From a virus (lineage: Duplodnaviria; Caudoviricetes), in the IMG/VR virus record IMGVR_UViG_3300012020_000003, positions 46,556 to 110,555 of that record: a stretch of 64,000 nt of DNA. One strand, 5' to 3'. This document shows, one piece after another, positions 40,080 through 50,418 of this stretch (position 1 is the stretch's first letter; each line of letters opens with the position of its first letter). The notes beneath the pieces were generated by a model. That model was not told the origin of the DNA. It saw only the letters and a list, made by a program, of their open reading frames with translations, and searched no databases. The position numbers and the translations under genes are program-made.

Positions 40080-41306
40080 TTATACGCCATTAAGTTCGGT
40101 TAAAAATGATTCGATAGTTAAATGCCTTAATAACATTTGTTCTACAGTCGACATCGTTGTCTGTGGTTTAAAATTTAAATCCTGTGTTATTTGGATACCG
40201 TAATAAGTCTCCACGAATTCCTTAATATCAGATTTCGATGGATAATCAACTAATAAACGGAAATTAATCCTTCCATCTCGATACAACGCTGGGTCGAAAT
40301 CTTCAATATGATTTGTTGTAAACATGAAAATCACATTGTCGGGAGATACTACACCATCCAATATTTGTAACAGTGTCGAAAACGATATGTTGCTTTTCTT
40401 GTTTAAATTGGATCTGGTTTTTGTTGATGTATAATCATCTATGTCTTCGAATAATAACACTGACGATGACTGCAATCCCTGTATATAATTAATTAATTCA
40501 GAATCTGATTTAAATGATCCTAAAGATATCAGATTCAGTTCCATTTTATATCGATGTGCAATAGCTTTAGCGATTGAAGTCTTGCCAGTACCGGGCGGAC
40601 CATATAACGATATTCCAGTTTTATGGTTGATACCCATTTGATCAGATTTCCATTTATTATTTCTCCAGCCATCCAAATATTCAAGTAATTTATCTTTGCC
40701 CGGAAAATATATCTGATCAAATGTTTTGAATTTATATATGGTATTAAACACTGACTGTCCATATCCTGGATTATAGGTTCTAAATGGAATTCCAGATGAT
40801 CCTATCAATGATGTCTGGTGACTCTCAACTACAGAATTGAAAAGATTAAGAATTGCATTGGCTGCAAATAATCCTGATATATGATATTCATCCGTATATG
40901 CATCGTGGCTGTTCGAAGCATGTTCTAGTTTTGCCCTGATTTTTTCAATCCTGATAAATCTACGATGATACCATATATAGTTTACATCTGAGTCTTGCCG
41001 ATATATCGGTTTAACTAGTCGCGGACCGCCTTCAGTTGGGGAAATTACTACAATTTGACCTATAGCACGCCGATATTTATTTGGATATCGTTGATTATAC
41101 CAGTCCGAAAATATTGCATAAGTATCATCATCGCGATTTAAATATATACTGATTTCGTAATATATTAATTTCTTCAATTGACGGTAAATCGAGCCAGGGA
41201 TTGGTTTCAATGTGTACAAAATGCTGCTCAGTAACGCTATCACCAGACCGCCTTGTGCAAATTGGTTGCTTTCGACGATAGACTTAATAAATTCTATGTT
41301 AATCAT
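40080..41306 (-). CDS. BCS1-like membrane-anchored AAA+ ATPase
   Basis: N-terminal TM segment, GPPGTGKTS, LFEDID, FTTNH...DPAL.RDGR. Confidence 0.85.
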   Translation of the reverse strand: MINIEFIKSIVESNQFAQGGLVIALLSSILYTLKPIPGSIYRQLKKLIYYEISIYLNRDDDTYAIFSDWYNQRYPNKYRRAIGQIVVISPTEGGPRLVKPIYRQDSDVNYIWYHRRFIRIEKIRAKLEHASNSHDAYTDEYHISGLFAANAILNLFNSVVESHQTSLIGSSGIPFRTYNPGYGQSVFNTIYKFKTFDQIYFPGKDKLLEYLDGWRNNKWKSDQMGINHKTGISLYGPPGTGKTSIAKAIAHRYKMELNLISLGSFKSDSELINYIQGLQSSSVLLFEDIDDYTSTKTRSNLNKKSNISFSTLLQILDGVVSPDNVIFMFTTNHIEDFDPALYRDGRINFRLLVDYPSKSDIKEFVETYYGIQITQDLNFKPQTTMSTVEQMLLRHLTIESFLTELNGV

Positions 41307-41522
41307 ACTCTAGGTATTCTGTGTTCTCGTTCTTCAGTTAGATATGCGGCTATTTCCCATAGTTTCCGAGCCTTTGTTGATGCAAATTCTGCAAAATAAT
41401 CTGGGTCGGAATTTGCAATGCCATTGACAATAGCAATAACAACATTTTCTTGAAATGCAAATTTATCTTTTGCTCTTCTTACCGATAAGTCGATATACTT
41501 AGGGGTGCCAACATCTGGAAAA

Positions 41523-42026
41523 TTATAAACCATACGATTTGAAAATTTTTATTAATTTGTTCGTAAACTCTGTAAGAGTTGTATTATTTGTGATGATAAT
41601 GTCCGCATCTTCTTTGGTTATATCAAATGAATCGGATGATTCCAATGGAAGCCGTTCACTTGCGTCTATCCATATTATCAAGTCGAACAATTTTTGTTTT
41701 TTACATTCTTCAATTTCAGCATGTGATCTCATTCCCACATACATGTCAGCCTTAGATAATACTTCTTTTGCAAGTCGTATTTTATCAACGGAATTATACA
41801 AGCATATTTCATCATACCATGCTTTCCTGTTATTCATACGGTCGGCAAAGCACTCGCCTATAGATTTGTATGATTTACCATATTTCGTATTCATTATGTC
41901 AAATAAGAAATTTTCTGCAGCACATTCTGACGACGATTTAAATGTCAATCCAAAATGCTGATTTAAAATTTCAGCAGCGGTATCCTTTCCATGCCTTGCA
42001 TGGCCAATAATTAGTAGTTTTTTCAT
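41523..42026 (-). CDS. Deoxynucleoside monophosphate kinase
   Basis: IIGHARHGKDT P-loop, G.R...E and I.NN.TL motifs. Confidence 0.75.
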   Translation of the reverse strand: MKKLLIIGHARHGKDTAAEILNQHFGLTFKSSSECAAENFLFDIMNTKYGKSYKSIGECFADRMNNRKAWYDEICLYNSVDKIRLAKEVLSKADMYVGMRSHAEIEECKKQKLFDLIIWIDASERLPLESSDSFDITKEDADIIITNNTTLTEFTNKLIKIFKSYGL

Positions 42027-42254
42027 ATAAAAATTTGTTTTATAGTTTACATTTTACGGTTAATACATGATGTTTGGTATCTGGTAATTGATCATCAAGA
42101 TCTACAACGAACCCATCAACGAATGTTTTATCGGCAAAAATTCTTGCCTTTGTAAAATCAGGGTCGTAAACGCACGAAATTACGTCGTCGACTATATCAA
42201 TACTAACAAAAAATCCCTTCTTTAAAGGTGCATAAATGACATATATGGATCGGT

Positions 42255-42737
42255 TCATTTTAATAATATATTTAAGATGTTAAAGTCATGAAAATCAAAT
42301 TCTGTGGGAGTTTCTTTCATATAATACGGAATATATTTTAGACATTTGATTCCGTTTGAATTCAATTGTTTGACGGTTTCGTCTCGGTCGTCAACATGTA
42401 AATCAATCTTTAATCGTTTGCAAGTATCTAATTTATCAGATGCAACATATAATGGACGGTCCGGGTAACCATTTTTACTAAGCCATCTACGTCTAGCATT
42501 TGCCATTGCCAATGGCACTGCTGAAATATAACATGCAAAATCGAATTTAATCCGTTCTGGACCATTTAACATTGGCATCGTTTCCCAAAATTCTTCATCG
42601 TTTTCAGTGAAGTGAAACAATAAATTCAGTCGTTCAACTTCCCATTGATTGTAATATTCAAATGGTAGATTAAATTTTACGCGCATTGCAGCATCGAAAT
42701 CAGCTAATAGTCCATCTATATCTAAAGAAACACGCAT
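42255..42737 (-). CDS. HAD-family 5'(3')-deoxyribonucleotidase
   Basis: LDIDGLLADF, FW..MP, K and VDD motifs. Confidence 0.8.
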   Translation of the reverse strand: MRVSLDIDGLLADFDAAMRVKFNLPFEYYNQWEVERLNLLFHFTENDEEFWETMPMLNGPERIKFDFACYISAVPLAMANARRRWLSKNGYPDRPLYVASDKLDTCKRLKIDLHVDDRDETVKQLNSNGIKCLKYIPYYMKETPTEFDFHDFNILNILLK

Positions 42738-42788
42738 ATCTTGATTTTAATGAGTTATTTTTATTAAACTGTATATTTTATTAACTTA
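42736..42788 (-). repeat. 53-bp element, inverted copy of 14973-15025
   Basis: Direct base-by-base comparison; 2 mismatches. Confidence 0.9.
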
Positions 42789-42823
42789 ACCAATAAAGTT
42801 CAACAGAATTGATATAAACTATG

Positions 42824-43000
42824 TTATTCGTAACGGCTCTTAATAGTGTACAATGCGCCATCAGCATTAATGAAATGTACAACGTCTGCTTGGTGTAAAC
42901 AAAGTTGAATATGCTGTTTGAAATGTTTAGATCTAAGATCTCGACCTTGTATGGATGAATAATCAGCAATTAAATCCTTTCTGGTTAATGTTATTATCAT
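42824..43000 (-). CDS. Small hypothetical protein (58 aa), absent from the ORF track
   Basis: MIITLTRKDLIADYSSIQGRDLRSKHFKQHIQLCLHQADVVHFINADGALYTIKSRYE; TAATG coupling to the upstream gene. Confidence 0.55.
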   Translation of the reverse strand: MIITLTRKDLIADYSSIQGRDLRSKHFKQHIQLCLHQADVVHFINADGALYTIKSRYE

Positions 43001-43674
43001 TATTTATTAATTTGATAATTATTGAATCTATCCATAACAGTCTGATCATCCTTAAACAACTCATATAGTCGAGCGAAACTGTTTAAATCATCCACAGTAC
43101 AACCTAATATAGAAGCAATGTAACTTGGAGAATCAGACACAAAATCTTCTTTAATTATTCTAGGCTTAGTTAATTTGGTTCCAGATGTACCTAAATCTGT
43201 TTTATGGACTAACCAAACTCCAGATGGTACCCTTATATTTAATTGTAACCATTCATTTGACGTCTCAGAAAACAATTGTTCTTTCGTTTTAGATATAAGC
43301 GCTGCCATCATCAATTGATTACGTTTAGTTCCGGCTGACATTATAAACTCTCCCCATCTCATATCCTGAATGCAGAATATATCTAATTGAAATGGATTAT
43401 GATCATAGTCAACAAATTCCATTGGCATTGTTATTAAATGAAATCCAGAAGATATTTTTACATGATCGGTATAAAGCCAAGGGAATTTCTTAAAGAATTC
43501 TGGTATTGTGCAATTCACGATAACATCAACATCTCCAGATATGGGAACTTTGCCAAGTGATCCAACTATTTTGTGTGTCAATCCAGCTCCTGCTAACAAA
43601 TTTGTAACCTTTTCTGCTATAAAAGCCGAATCTTCTAAGTTAATTGGTCGACAATAGAAAATAGATTTACTCAT
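43000..43674 (-). CDS. Pol-beta-superfamily nucleotidyltransferase
   Basis: VGSLGK...SGDVDV and QLDIF motifs (GS..DxD..D). Confidence 0.7.
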   Translation of the reverse strand: MSKSIFYCRPINLEDSAFIAEKVTNLLAGAGLTHKIVGSLGKVPISGDVDVIVNCTIPEFFKKFPWLYTDHVKISSGFHLITMPMEFVDYDHNPFQLDIFCIQDMRWGEFIMSAGTKRNQLMMAALISKTKEQLFSETSNEWLQLNIRVPSGVWLVHKTDLGTSGTKLTKPRIIKEDFVSDSPSYIASILGCTVDDLNSFARLYELFKDDQTVMDRFNNYQINK

Positions 43675-44007
43675 ATGCTTTAACTTTATGGTCATATACT
43701 TCTGTTCCGTATAAATTACGAACTGCTGGGACAATTTGAGTCCATTCGATTTTTATTTTAAATTCAGCTATTAACTGATTAATCATATAATCAATTTTTT
43801 GCATGAAAATTTCTAATGGATATTTAGTCATCGAAGCACCAACCTGTTCCATTGGGACCGTTTTACCAGTTTTATGATAAACATAATTCCTGATAAATAT
43901 AACATCTTGTTGATCGAATTGATTATACTTGCGGTCATCTGCTAATTTTAACCGATATCTCAGATAATCTAAAACTTCTTCTCGTTTCATATTAAATAAT
44001 TATACCA

Positions 44008-44069
44008 CAAATATACATGAATATTCGTTATAATGTATAATATTTCAATATTTTAACATTTATTTAACA
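44008..44069 (-). promoter_or_regulatory. Promoter with direct-repeat box
   Basis: CAAATATA 44008-44015, 37-nt gap, TTAACA 44053 and 44064. Confidence 0.75.
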
Positions 44070-44689
44070 GATGTGTATTTATTGAATAGATCCATTATGT
44101 TGTCAATGGTCTCAACAATATTTTCCTTTGATACATTACAAACCAATTGATCTATTTGTTCTCTGACGTTTAAATGCCTGCAAACATCATCGAAAGTTGG
44201 CACTTCGAATTGTTTAAATCTTCCAACCAATTCCTGTGTGTCCTTTTCAAAGGCAATGGTTACATTCTGTACAGAATAATATGCAGAAGGTGGAATGAGA
44301 AAATAATGATATTTATCGGTGTTTGGATTATAGCACACGACTCGCAATGTTCCTATTTTCTTATAAGCGTTTTTTACTACGGCCTGGAATCTAGGTATTT
44401 TAACTTTTTTGTTAAGTTTACCCTTAACAGTGGGGTGGAAATATTTCTCCTGGACTGTCACAGTTTTAACGTCGGTGTCGTCAATTAAATCTCGATGCTC
44501 TCCAATTGGACACATACCAATTCCGGATTTCCTTGATATAGCCAATTCAGCTAATTGAGTGCCGTTAATAATATTGTCTTTTATCAAAGATTTAATCGTA
44601 ACTTCAAGCCCCATTTCATGATAAGCTTTGTCCATAAAAAATTCGATCAACCTATCATTATGATGTTGATTTTTTGCAAGCGTGTGCAT
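44060..44689 (-). CDS. Putative PD-(D/E)XK nuclease-like protein
   Basis: AELAI helix Glu, RD...DVKT pattern, YFLIP. Confidence 0.4.
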   Translation of the reverse strand: MHTLAKNQHHNDRLIEFFMDKAYHEMGLEVTIKSLIKDNIINGTQLAELAISRKSGIGMCPIGEHRDLIDDTDVKTVTVQEKYFHPTVKGKLNKKVKIPRFQAVVKNAYKKIGTLRVVCYNPNTDKYHYFLIPPSAYYSVQNVTIAFEKDTQELVGRFKQFEVPTFDDVCRHLNVREQIDQLVCNVSKENIVETIDNIMDLFNKYTSVK

Positions 44690-44981
44690 CCTTTTAGTTT
44701 AATGTAGTTAAATAATTTTTTGTTTCTGGATAATTCTCATTGATATATTTATCAATGTCGATATCCAATATCGTAAAACGTATATGATTCATTCTGTCTA
44801 AATATTCGAAAACCTGACTTATTGGTGTTTCAATTAATGAAGATTCAATAATTAAGGTCTCAGAAATTTCAGTCATGAATGAAATGAAATTTTCAAATGT
44901 TTCATTTGCTGTGTTTAGTTGATATATTTTTGGCGATATCACGCCATTTGGATTAAGTGTATTTATAGAGAAAACCATCTT

Positions 44982-45632
44982 TTAAAATTTATCATCTAAA
45001 CAAAATTCATAATCAAATGGACGAGTTGGTGCCAAATAATTTCTATAAATTTGCGTAAAATGTGTTCCATTCCACTGCGATACTTGCCACATGTGCATAT
45101 CTGCGTTGACACCGATCATTGGTAAAGCTATTGGCGTATATGCCTTCAATTGTGTATATTGAATTTTATAAGTATATCCAGTATGAAATAAATCAGTCAA
45201 AGGACTTGGATATACCATATATTCATCAACATATTTGTATTCGGATAAATGATTGAATAATGTGTCGGTTGTATGATCTTTCTTATAAAATACAATATCA
45301 TTATTACACATCACATCCTTATCGGCATTGGTATATGACACTAATGCATAACTAGGCGAAGTTTTCTTTATTTTAATGGAGTCAACATAAAGATAATTGT
45401 AGGCAATATAGACTTTTTTAAGCGGCGCTGCTACTTTTACATTACTAACGGTTCCAGATTTGGGAAAGAATATGTTTGCTAGCGTAATCCCATACCTAGT
45501 ACCAACTTGTTTGTCGACATAATTAATTGGGTTAACCGCAGCGGATGCACCGTTGGTTGGCATTTCTTCATCCTTTAGACAACCAGAAATACACATGGTT
45601 ATGATCAAAAACATGATATAAATTTTGTTCAT
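44982..45632 (-). CDS. Putative lipoprotein
   Basis: ISGC lipobox followed by acidic KDEE, resembling a Bacteroidota surface-export signal. Confidence 0.6.
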   Translation of the reverse strand: MNKIYIMFLIITMCISGCLKDEEMPTNGASAAVNPINYVDKQVGTRYGITLANIFFPKSGTVSNVKVAAPLKKVYIAYNYLYVDSIKIKKTSPSYALVSYTNADKDVMCNNDIVFYKKDHTTDTLFNHLSEYKYVDEYMVYPSPLTDLFHTGYTYKIQYTQLKAYTPIALPMIGVNADMHMWQVSQWNGTHFTQIYRNYLAPTRPFDYEFCLDDKF

Positions 45633-45654
45633 TTTAAACTCCTGTTTAAATTAT

Positions 45655-47358
45655 TTATGGATAATAGACATATATTTCTATAGTCGATTTGTTATAATCG
45701 TTTTCATCGGACAGCACATTGTCCGATAATACATTACTATTATTATACGAGTTAATTACAATTGATTGGTCTTCGTACGAATAATAAGCAGTACTTTTCT
45801 CCGACATTGTTGTTGGGTTTCGTACGAAATTTACAAACGTTTGGCCACGTGGAAATGCATCAGCAGCACTAATTATGTAGATTCCTGTGGAATCACGGTA
45901 TAAATCTAAGTTTATTCCAAATGTATTTTCTAGAACTGTCGCTTGGGGCGCACTGGTTCCGGTCTGACTTAAGAAGGCTCTATATACCCTTGTGCCATTT
46001 GTAGTTTTGGTTAGGCCATCGGGTAAACTATATCCAACGAATTGTTTATACTGGAAAATATTATTTTTGACATTAAGTCCAACTGACGTACAATTTATAA
46101 AATCACTGTATAATATATTAGTTTGGAAATTTCCCGGTATGATGTTGCCGCTGAATTGTCCGAATATTCGATTTCGGAAAAATCCATAACTAACAGCGTT
46201 GCTGAAAAAACTTCCAGTAATTGTATTTTGGTTAAAGTCACTGCTTATAACATTTTCAACGAATAACACAGAATTTTTAGTTATTTCGTTGGATCTAAAC
46301 GTGGTACCAATAATATTATATACAAAATTACCACACATTACAGAATTACTATCAAAATTGCTGCCTATACTATTGAAACTAAAGCTATTTCCAGAAATAT
46401 TACAATTGTATATTGGTCCACAACTATTTTTACGAAACTCGCCCCGTATTACAGTTTTATATAAAGAATATAATGTGTTATCTTTAAAATATCCATGAAT
46501 TTCAGTTTCATTTAGTTGGGTAACAGTGGTATTATATAGCATATCACCAGCAATATAATTATTTTGAATGTCGATGGCGTTTGCAGTACATAACAATCTG
46601 TCTTCATACTCAGCAGTTGTGTTAATATTACATGCCGTATAAGATTCATCTTCATCATTAATTACCCACCACCCATTAGGTGTCATTCCTGAATAAGTGT
46701 TATTATTAAATTCAAACCGTTTCCACCACATAGTATCAGTTACTGGATGATTAATGTTATCATCTTTAAGTGAAACATAAATCCACGTTTGCTGTGTAGC
46801 AGTTCCAGATGAACGTTTAACCGCTTCAAATTTCGAATAAAGAGTTGCTGCATCCCAATTGGCTTGGGAAATTTTATAACGCCGATATTTACATACTCTC
46901 CAATCAGAACCAATATTATTATTATTAATAGTGTCAATTCTACGTTTAATATATCCAGTGGTTGCACCTGGAAAATTAGTCTCATCTGTATCTATACTAT
47001 AATAAATGATATCACCCGGCCATATAGTCGATGATGCTATAGGAGATAGTCTATGTTCGTTTACTGGAGTTACTATTAATGGTTCAATATCTCCCACATT
47101 TATATCTACTGTACCTGGAATTATATGAGTTGTTCTATAATCAGTAATAATGTAATTCACTCCTACCACTAATTGACTCGTCTCCACTAAATTAATCAAT
47201 TCAGCATAAGACACATTAATTGATGGTTTAGGAAATTTATGTATATTGTTTAGATGGTCTTTAAGTGATAATTGACCATAATCATCAGTATATAATGTTA
47301 ATTTCCCGGTTGGTGGAGCTGGGATCGTAGCGTCTGAAATTTTATTAAATATTCTCAT
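45655..47358 (-). CDS. Tail fibre/spike-like structural protein with beta-helix repeats
   Basis: Repeated N.IG..F..N units; C-terminal YRAFLSQTGTSAP..TVLENT module. Confidence 0.55.
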   Translation of the reverse strand: MRIFNKISDATIPAPPTGKLTLYTDDYGQLSLKDHLNNIHKFPKPSINVSYAELINLVETSQLVVGVNYIITDYRTTHIIPGTVDINVGDIEPLIVTPVNEHRLSPIASSTIWPGDIIYYSIDTDETNFPGATTGYIKRRIDTINNNNIGSDWRVCKYRRYKISQANWDAATLYSKFEAVKRSSGTATQQTWIYVSLKDDNINHPVTDTMWWKRFEFNNNTYSGMTPNGWWVINDEDESYTACNINTTAEYEDRLLCTANAIDIQNNYIAGDMLYNTTVTQLNETEIHGYFKDNTLYSLYKTVIRGEFRKNSCGPIYNCNISGNSFSFNSIGSNFDSNSVMCGNFVYNIIGTTFRSNEITKNSVLFVENVISSDFNQNTITGSFFSNAVSYGFFRNRIFGQFSGNIIPGNFQTNILYSDFINCTSVGLNVKNNIFQYKQFVGYSLPDGLTKTTNGTRVYRAFLSQTGTSAPQATVLENTFGINLDLYRDSTGIYIISAADAFPRGQTFVNFVRNPTTMSEKSTAYYSYEDQSIVINSYNNSNVLSDNVLSDENDYNKSTIEIYVYYP

Positions 47359-47373
47359 AGTTTATATAAATAG

Positions 47374-49077
47374 TTATCCTTCACACGAAGTACATGTTAA
47401 TAAATTTCTTCTAAATTCCTGTGAGCCAGAAGCTGAATGTTGGTAATACAAGGTCTTTATACCTATTTCATGTGCCTTTAACAATAAATTAGATATATCT
47501 TTCGGCGGAGTGTTTTTATGAATTCGTAAATTTAATGATTGACTTTGATCAATATATGGTTGTCTATCTGCTGCCATCTGTATAATATCCAATTGTGATA
47601 TTTCTTCAAAAGTTCTAAACAGTGCACGTTCATCATCAGATAAAAAATCTAAATGTTGGACAGATCCATTATTTACCAAAATAGATTTCCAAATTTTAGG
47701 AGTATTCTTTTCTTTAGATTCTAATAATTCAATTAAATATGGGTTTTTAACTACCTGTTTACTATTAGCAATATCTTTAAGATAATAGTTTGAAAATATA
47801 GGTTCGCATTGTTGTGATACCTGACCTAAAATATAAGATGATGTCGTATTTGGCGCCAAAGTAACTTTCATACCATTCCTTCTACCAAATCCCTTCAGCA
47901 TTTTAGGTTCCCCAAATAATGCTGCTAATTTTTCACTGGCTCTATCAACTTGATGTCCAAGAGTTAAAAACATTTGCTTATTGATTATGCGCGACGGAAG
48001 TTCTCCATAAATCAATTTACGACTTTGTAAATAAGAATGAAATCCAGTTGCTCCTACTCCTATATCTCTAAAATCGACCGAAGAACGATATGACTTTTCC
48101 AAAAATTTAAATTTCAAGTTATCTTCTATATTCTTGCTGTCTCGCCATGATTCCAATTGATTCTGAAATATAGTGTGTAATGCATCTAACGCGAAAGTTA
48201 ATACTTCAACTGCATCTGTGTCTTTCCATTCATCGTAGTATAATAAATTCATGGCAGCCAAGTCACAAATAAATGAATATGTATCATTTGACACTTCAGT
48301 TATCTCAGAGCATAAATTAGATGCATTGACAGTTAAATCATATGCTGCATATACATCCGATGCATATTTTTTTGTTTTGTTGTTAAATGGAATATGGTTA
48401 ACATTATCAGTGAAGAATATGTACGGCATACCAGTTTCAATTCTGGATTCTATAAGTTTAGCCCAGACTTTACGATTTTTTGTATTGCCTGCCTTTAAAT
48501 CATCGATCCATTTATCTGTAATGCAGACGCCATAATTCATACGTTGAATCAAATCATTATCACGGCCTATCTCCAGCACATCCATAATATCAGAGTGATC
48601 AATTGGCCAGTATCCTGCAAAATATCCACGTCGAAAGCCCTGACTTATCGAATTTGTTATATTTTCAAAGTCTTTAGCAAATGCTTTAGATCCTTGGCTT
48701 TTATATTTGTCTTGAATTGATGATCCTTTTCCCCTAACGTCACCAAAATATCCAGATGTTCCGCCGCCAACTTTTGTTTGCATTCCTACTTCAGCTAAAG
48801 CAAACAATATCGAGCCCATGTCATCAGATATGTGTGAATTAAAGCAAGAAAATGGAAGTGCATTTTTTCTCCCAATGTTGCTCCAAAAAGGAGAACTTAA
48901 AGCATAATATCCACGTTCAAGATATTCTTTAAATTTCCCTGCAAATCCATTAATACCATTGGCATTTTCTAATTCTGCGCATATAATGTCAATACGTTCT
49001 TCTACCGTTTCACCAGGAAGTAAGTAACCGTCTTCATTATTTAATATCTCTCTTGATAAATCATTAAGCCATCTCAT
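47374..49077 (-). CDS. nrdA: Class I ribonucleotide reductase alpha subunit
   Basis: SCF, GGGTS, SNLCSEI, APNTTSS, DQSQSLN, KTLYY and C-terminal CTSCEG. Confidence 0.95.
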   Translation of the reverse strand: MRWLNDLSREILNNEDGYLLPGETVEERIDIICAELENANGINGFAGKFKEYLERGYYALSSPFWSNIGRKNALPFSCFNSHISDDMGSILFALAEVGMQTKVGGGTSGYFGDVRGKGSSIQDKYKSQGSKAFAKDFENITNSISQGFRRGYFAGYWPIDHSDIMDVLEIGRDNDLIQRMNYGVCITDKWIDDLKAGNTKNRKVWAKLIESRIETGMPYIFFTDNVNHIPFNNKTKKYASDVYAAYDLTVNASNLCSEITEVSNDTYSFICDLAAMNLLYYDEWKDTDAVEVLTFALDALHTIFQNQLESWRDSKNIEDNLKFKFLEKSYRSSVDFRDIGVGATGFHSYLQSRKLIYGELPSRIINKQMFLTLGHQVDRASEKLAALFGEPKMLKGFGRRNGMKVTLAPNTTSSYILGQVSQQCEPIFSNYYLKDIANSKQVVKNPYLIELLESKEKNTPKIWKSILVNNGSVQHLDFLSDDERALFRTFEEISQLDIIQMAADRQPYIDQSQSLNLRIHKNTPPKDISNLLLKAHEIGIKTLYYQHSASGSQEFRRNLLTCTSCEG

Positions 49078-50041
49078 CAAACAGTTCATTTGGGTCAATT
49101 GAAAATTTATTTTTCGAATAATTCGGGGATTTTTTATGGAAGAAATCTACATGGATAGTAGCTAAATCTTCAACATTAAACCATTCAGGCAATTTTGTAT
49201 CATCTACTTCAAACTCTGCGTCTAAATCAATTAAAGCTAACGATTGGTTAAACCGATCTTTGATAAAGTTATCAACCAAGTCATAACTTAAAAAATCTAA
49301 TTTGGAATCTTGTAATATCCATTTAACGATATCCATTTCGGCAACATACGCTTTCTTGCATGCACGTATAATTTTTTCTTTAAATTCATCATCTATTAAT
49401 TCAGGATATTCATTGCGTATTATCTGGAATAAATATGCACCCAAAGCAGCATGTATATTTTCTTCCTTGGCGGTTTCCATAATCACGTTGTCAATGTCCT
49501 TTAGCACTTTTTTATGCTTGTTAAAAGATTTCACTATAAAAAATTGACTAAATAGGGACACGTTCTCAATAAATAACGAAAATAGTGTCAACGTCAATAT
49601 ATACTTTTCCTTAATATTCGATCCGGCGTTGGATAAATATTTTTGTAAATAATCAACTCTACCTCTAATCTCAGGAACATCCAATATATTCTTATATTCA
49701 TCATTCATTTTTAATAAATCGATGATCATGGAATATGCACGTTCATGCCTAACTTCAGATTCAGCAAAGGTAGCACCTACTGAATTAATTTCAGGTTTCG
49801 GAAAATGTTGGTGTAAATTACCCCAAAAAGTTTTCACAGCAACTTCGATTTGAGCGATTGCGAGTAGGGAACGTTTAACGATTTCTCTCTCTGAGTCAGA
49901 AAGTTTATTTTGGAAATCCTGCACGTCGGTTTTGAAGTCCCACTTAGTGTGGAACCACATTGTACTATTTATTGCATCAACGAAATCAAGAAGCTCTGGA
50001 TACTCATAGGGCTTAAGCTCTACTCGTTTATCAAAGATCAT
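49064..50041 (-). CDS. nrdB: Class I ribonucleotide reductase beta subunit
   Basis: PYEYP, EVRHERAYS, ENVSLFSQF, EENIH and DFF motifs. Confidence 0.95.
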   Translation of the reverse strand: MIFDKRVELKPYEYPELLDFVDAINSTMWFHTKWDFKTDVQDFQNKLSDSEREIVKRSLLAIAQIEVAVKTFWGNLHQHFPKPEINSVGATFAESEVRHERAYSMIIDLLKMNDEYKNILDVPEIRGRVDYLQKYLSNAGSNIKEKYILTLTLFSLFIENVSLFSQFFIVKSFNKHKKVLKDIDNVIMETAKEENIHAALGAYLFQIIRNEYPELIDDEFKEKIIRACKKAYVAEMDIVKWILQDSKLDFLSYDLVDNFIKDRFNQSLALIDLDAEFEVDDTKLPEWFNVEDLATIHVDFFHKKSPNYSKNKFSIDPNELFDEMA

Positions 50042-50043
50042 AT

Positions 50044-50412
50044 TTATTTTTTAGATTTCGATGCTTTTTTGGTATCTGCTATTGCTGGAGCTGGTTCAGA
50101 GATTAATTCGTCTTCTGGAACTTCAACTTCTTCCTTTAACATTTCAACTTCAGGACGAACAATTTTTTCCTTTGGTGGCTCGACCATAACTTTGTCTGCC
50201 TTTGATTCATCAGGTAAAGTGTTCCAGAAATCATTCCAAGATGCTTTAGTACCAAAACTTTTAAATATTTTGGTTGTCACACTCTTAGTTCCATCTTCTA
50301 ATTGTAATTGTGTAAATTTATTTGCCGGATCTGTTGAGAAATCAGGACCAATATGCTTAGTAAAATATTCTTGATCAGATACTATGTCTGTCGTCTGTAA
50401 GATGTTGAACAT
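50044..50412 (-). CDS. Hypothetical protein with low-complexity tail
   Basis: ORF within operon. Confidence 0.55.
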   Translation of the reverse strand: MFNILQTTDIVSDQEYFTKHIGPDFSTDPANKFTQLQLEDGTKSVTTKIFKSFGTKASWNDFWNTLPDESKADKVMVEPPKEKIVRPEVEMLKEEVEVPEDELISEPAPAIADTKKASKSKK

Positions 50413-50418
50413 AAATTA

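Noticed and set aside
47374-50041. Inteins or introns in nrdA/nrdB
   Set aside because: Both ORFs are contiguous and compact, with no Hint motifs.
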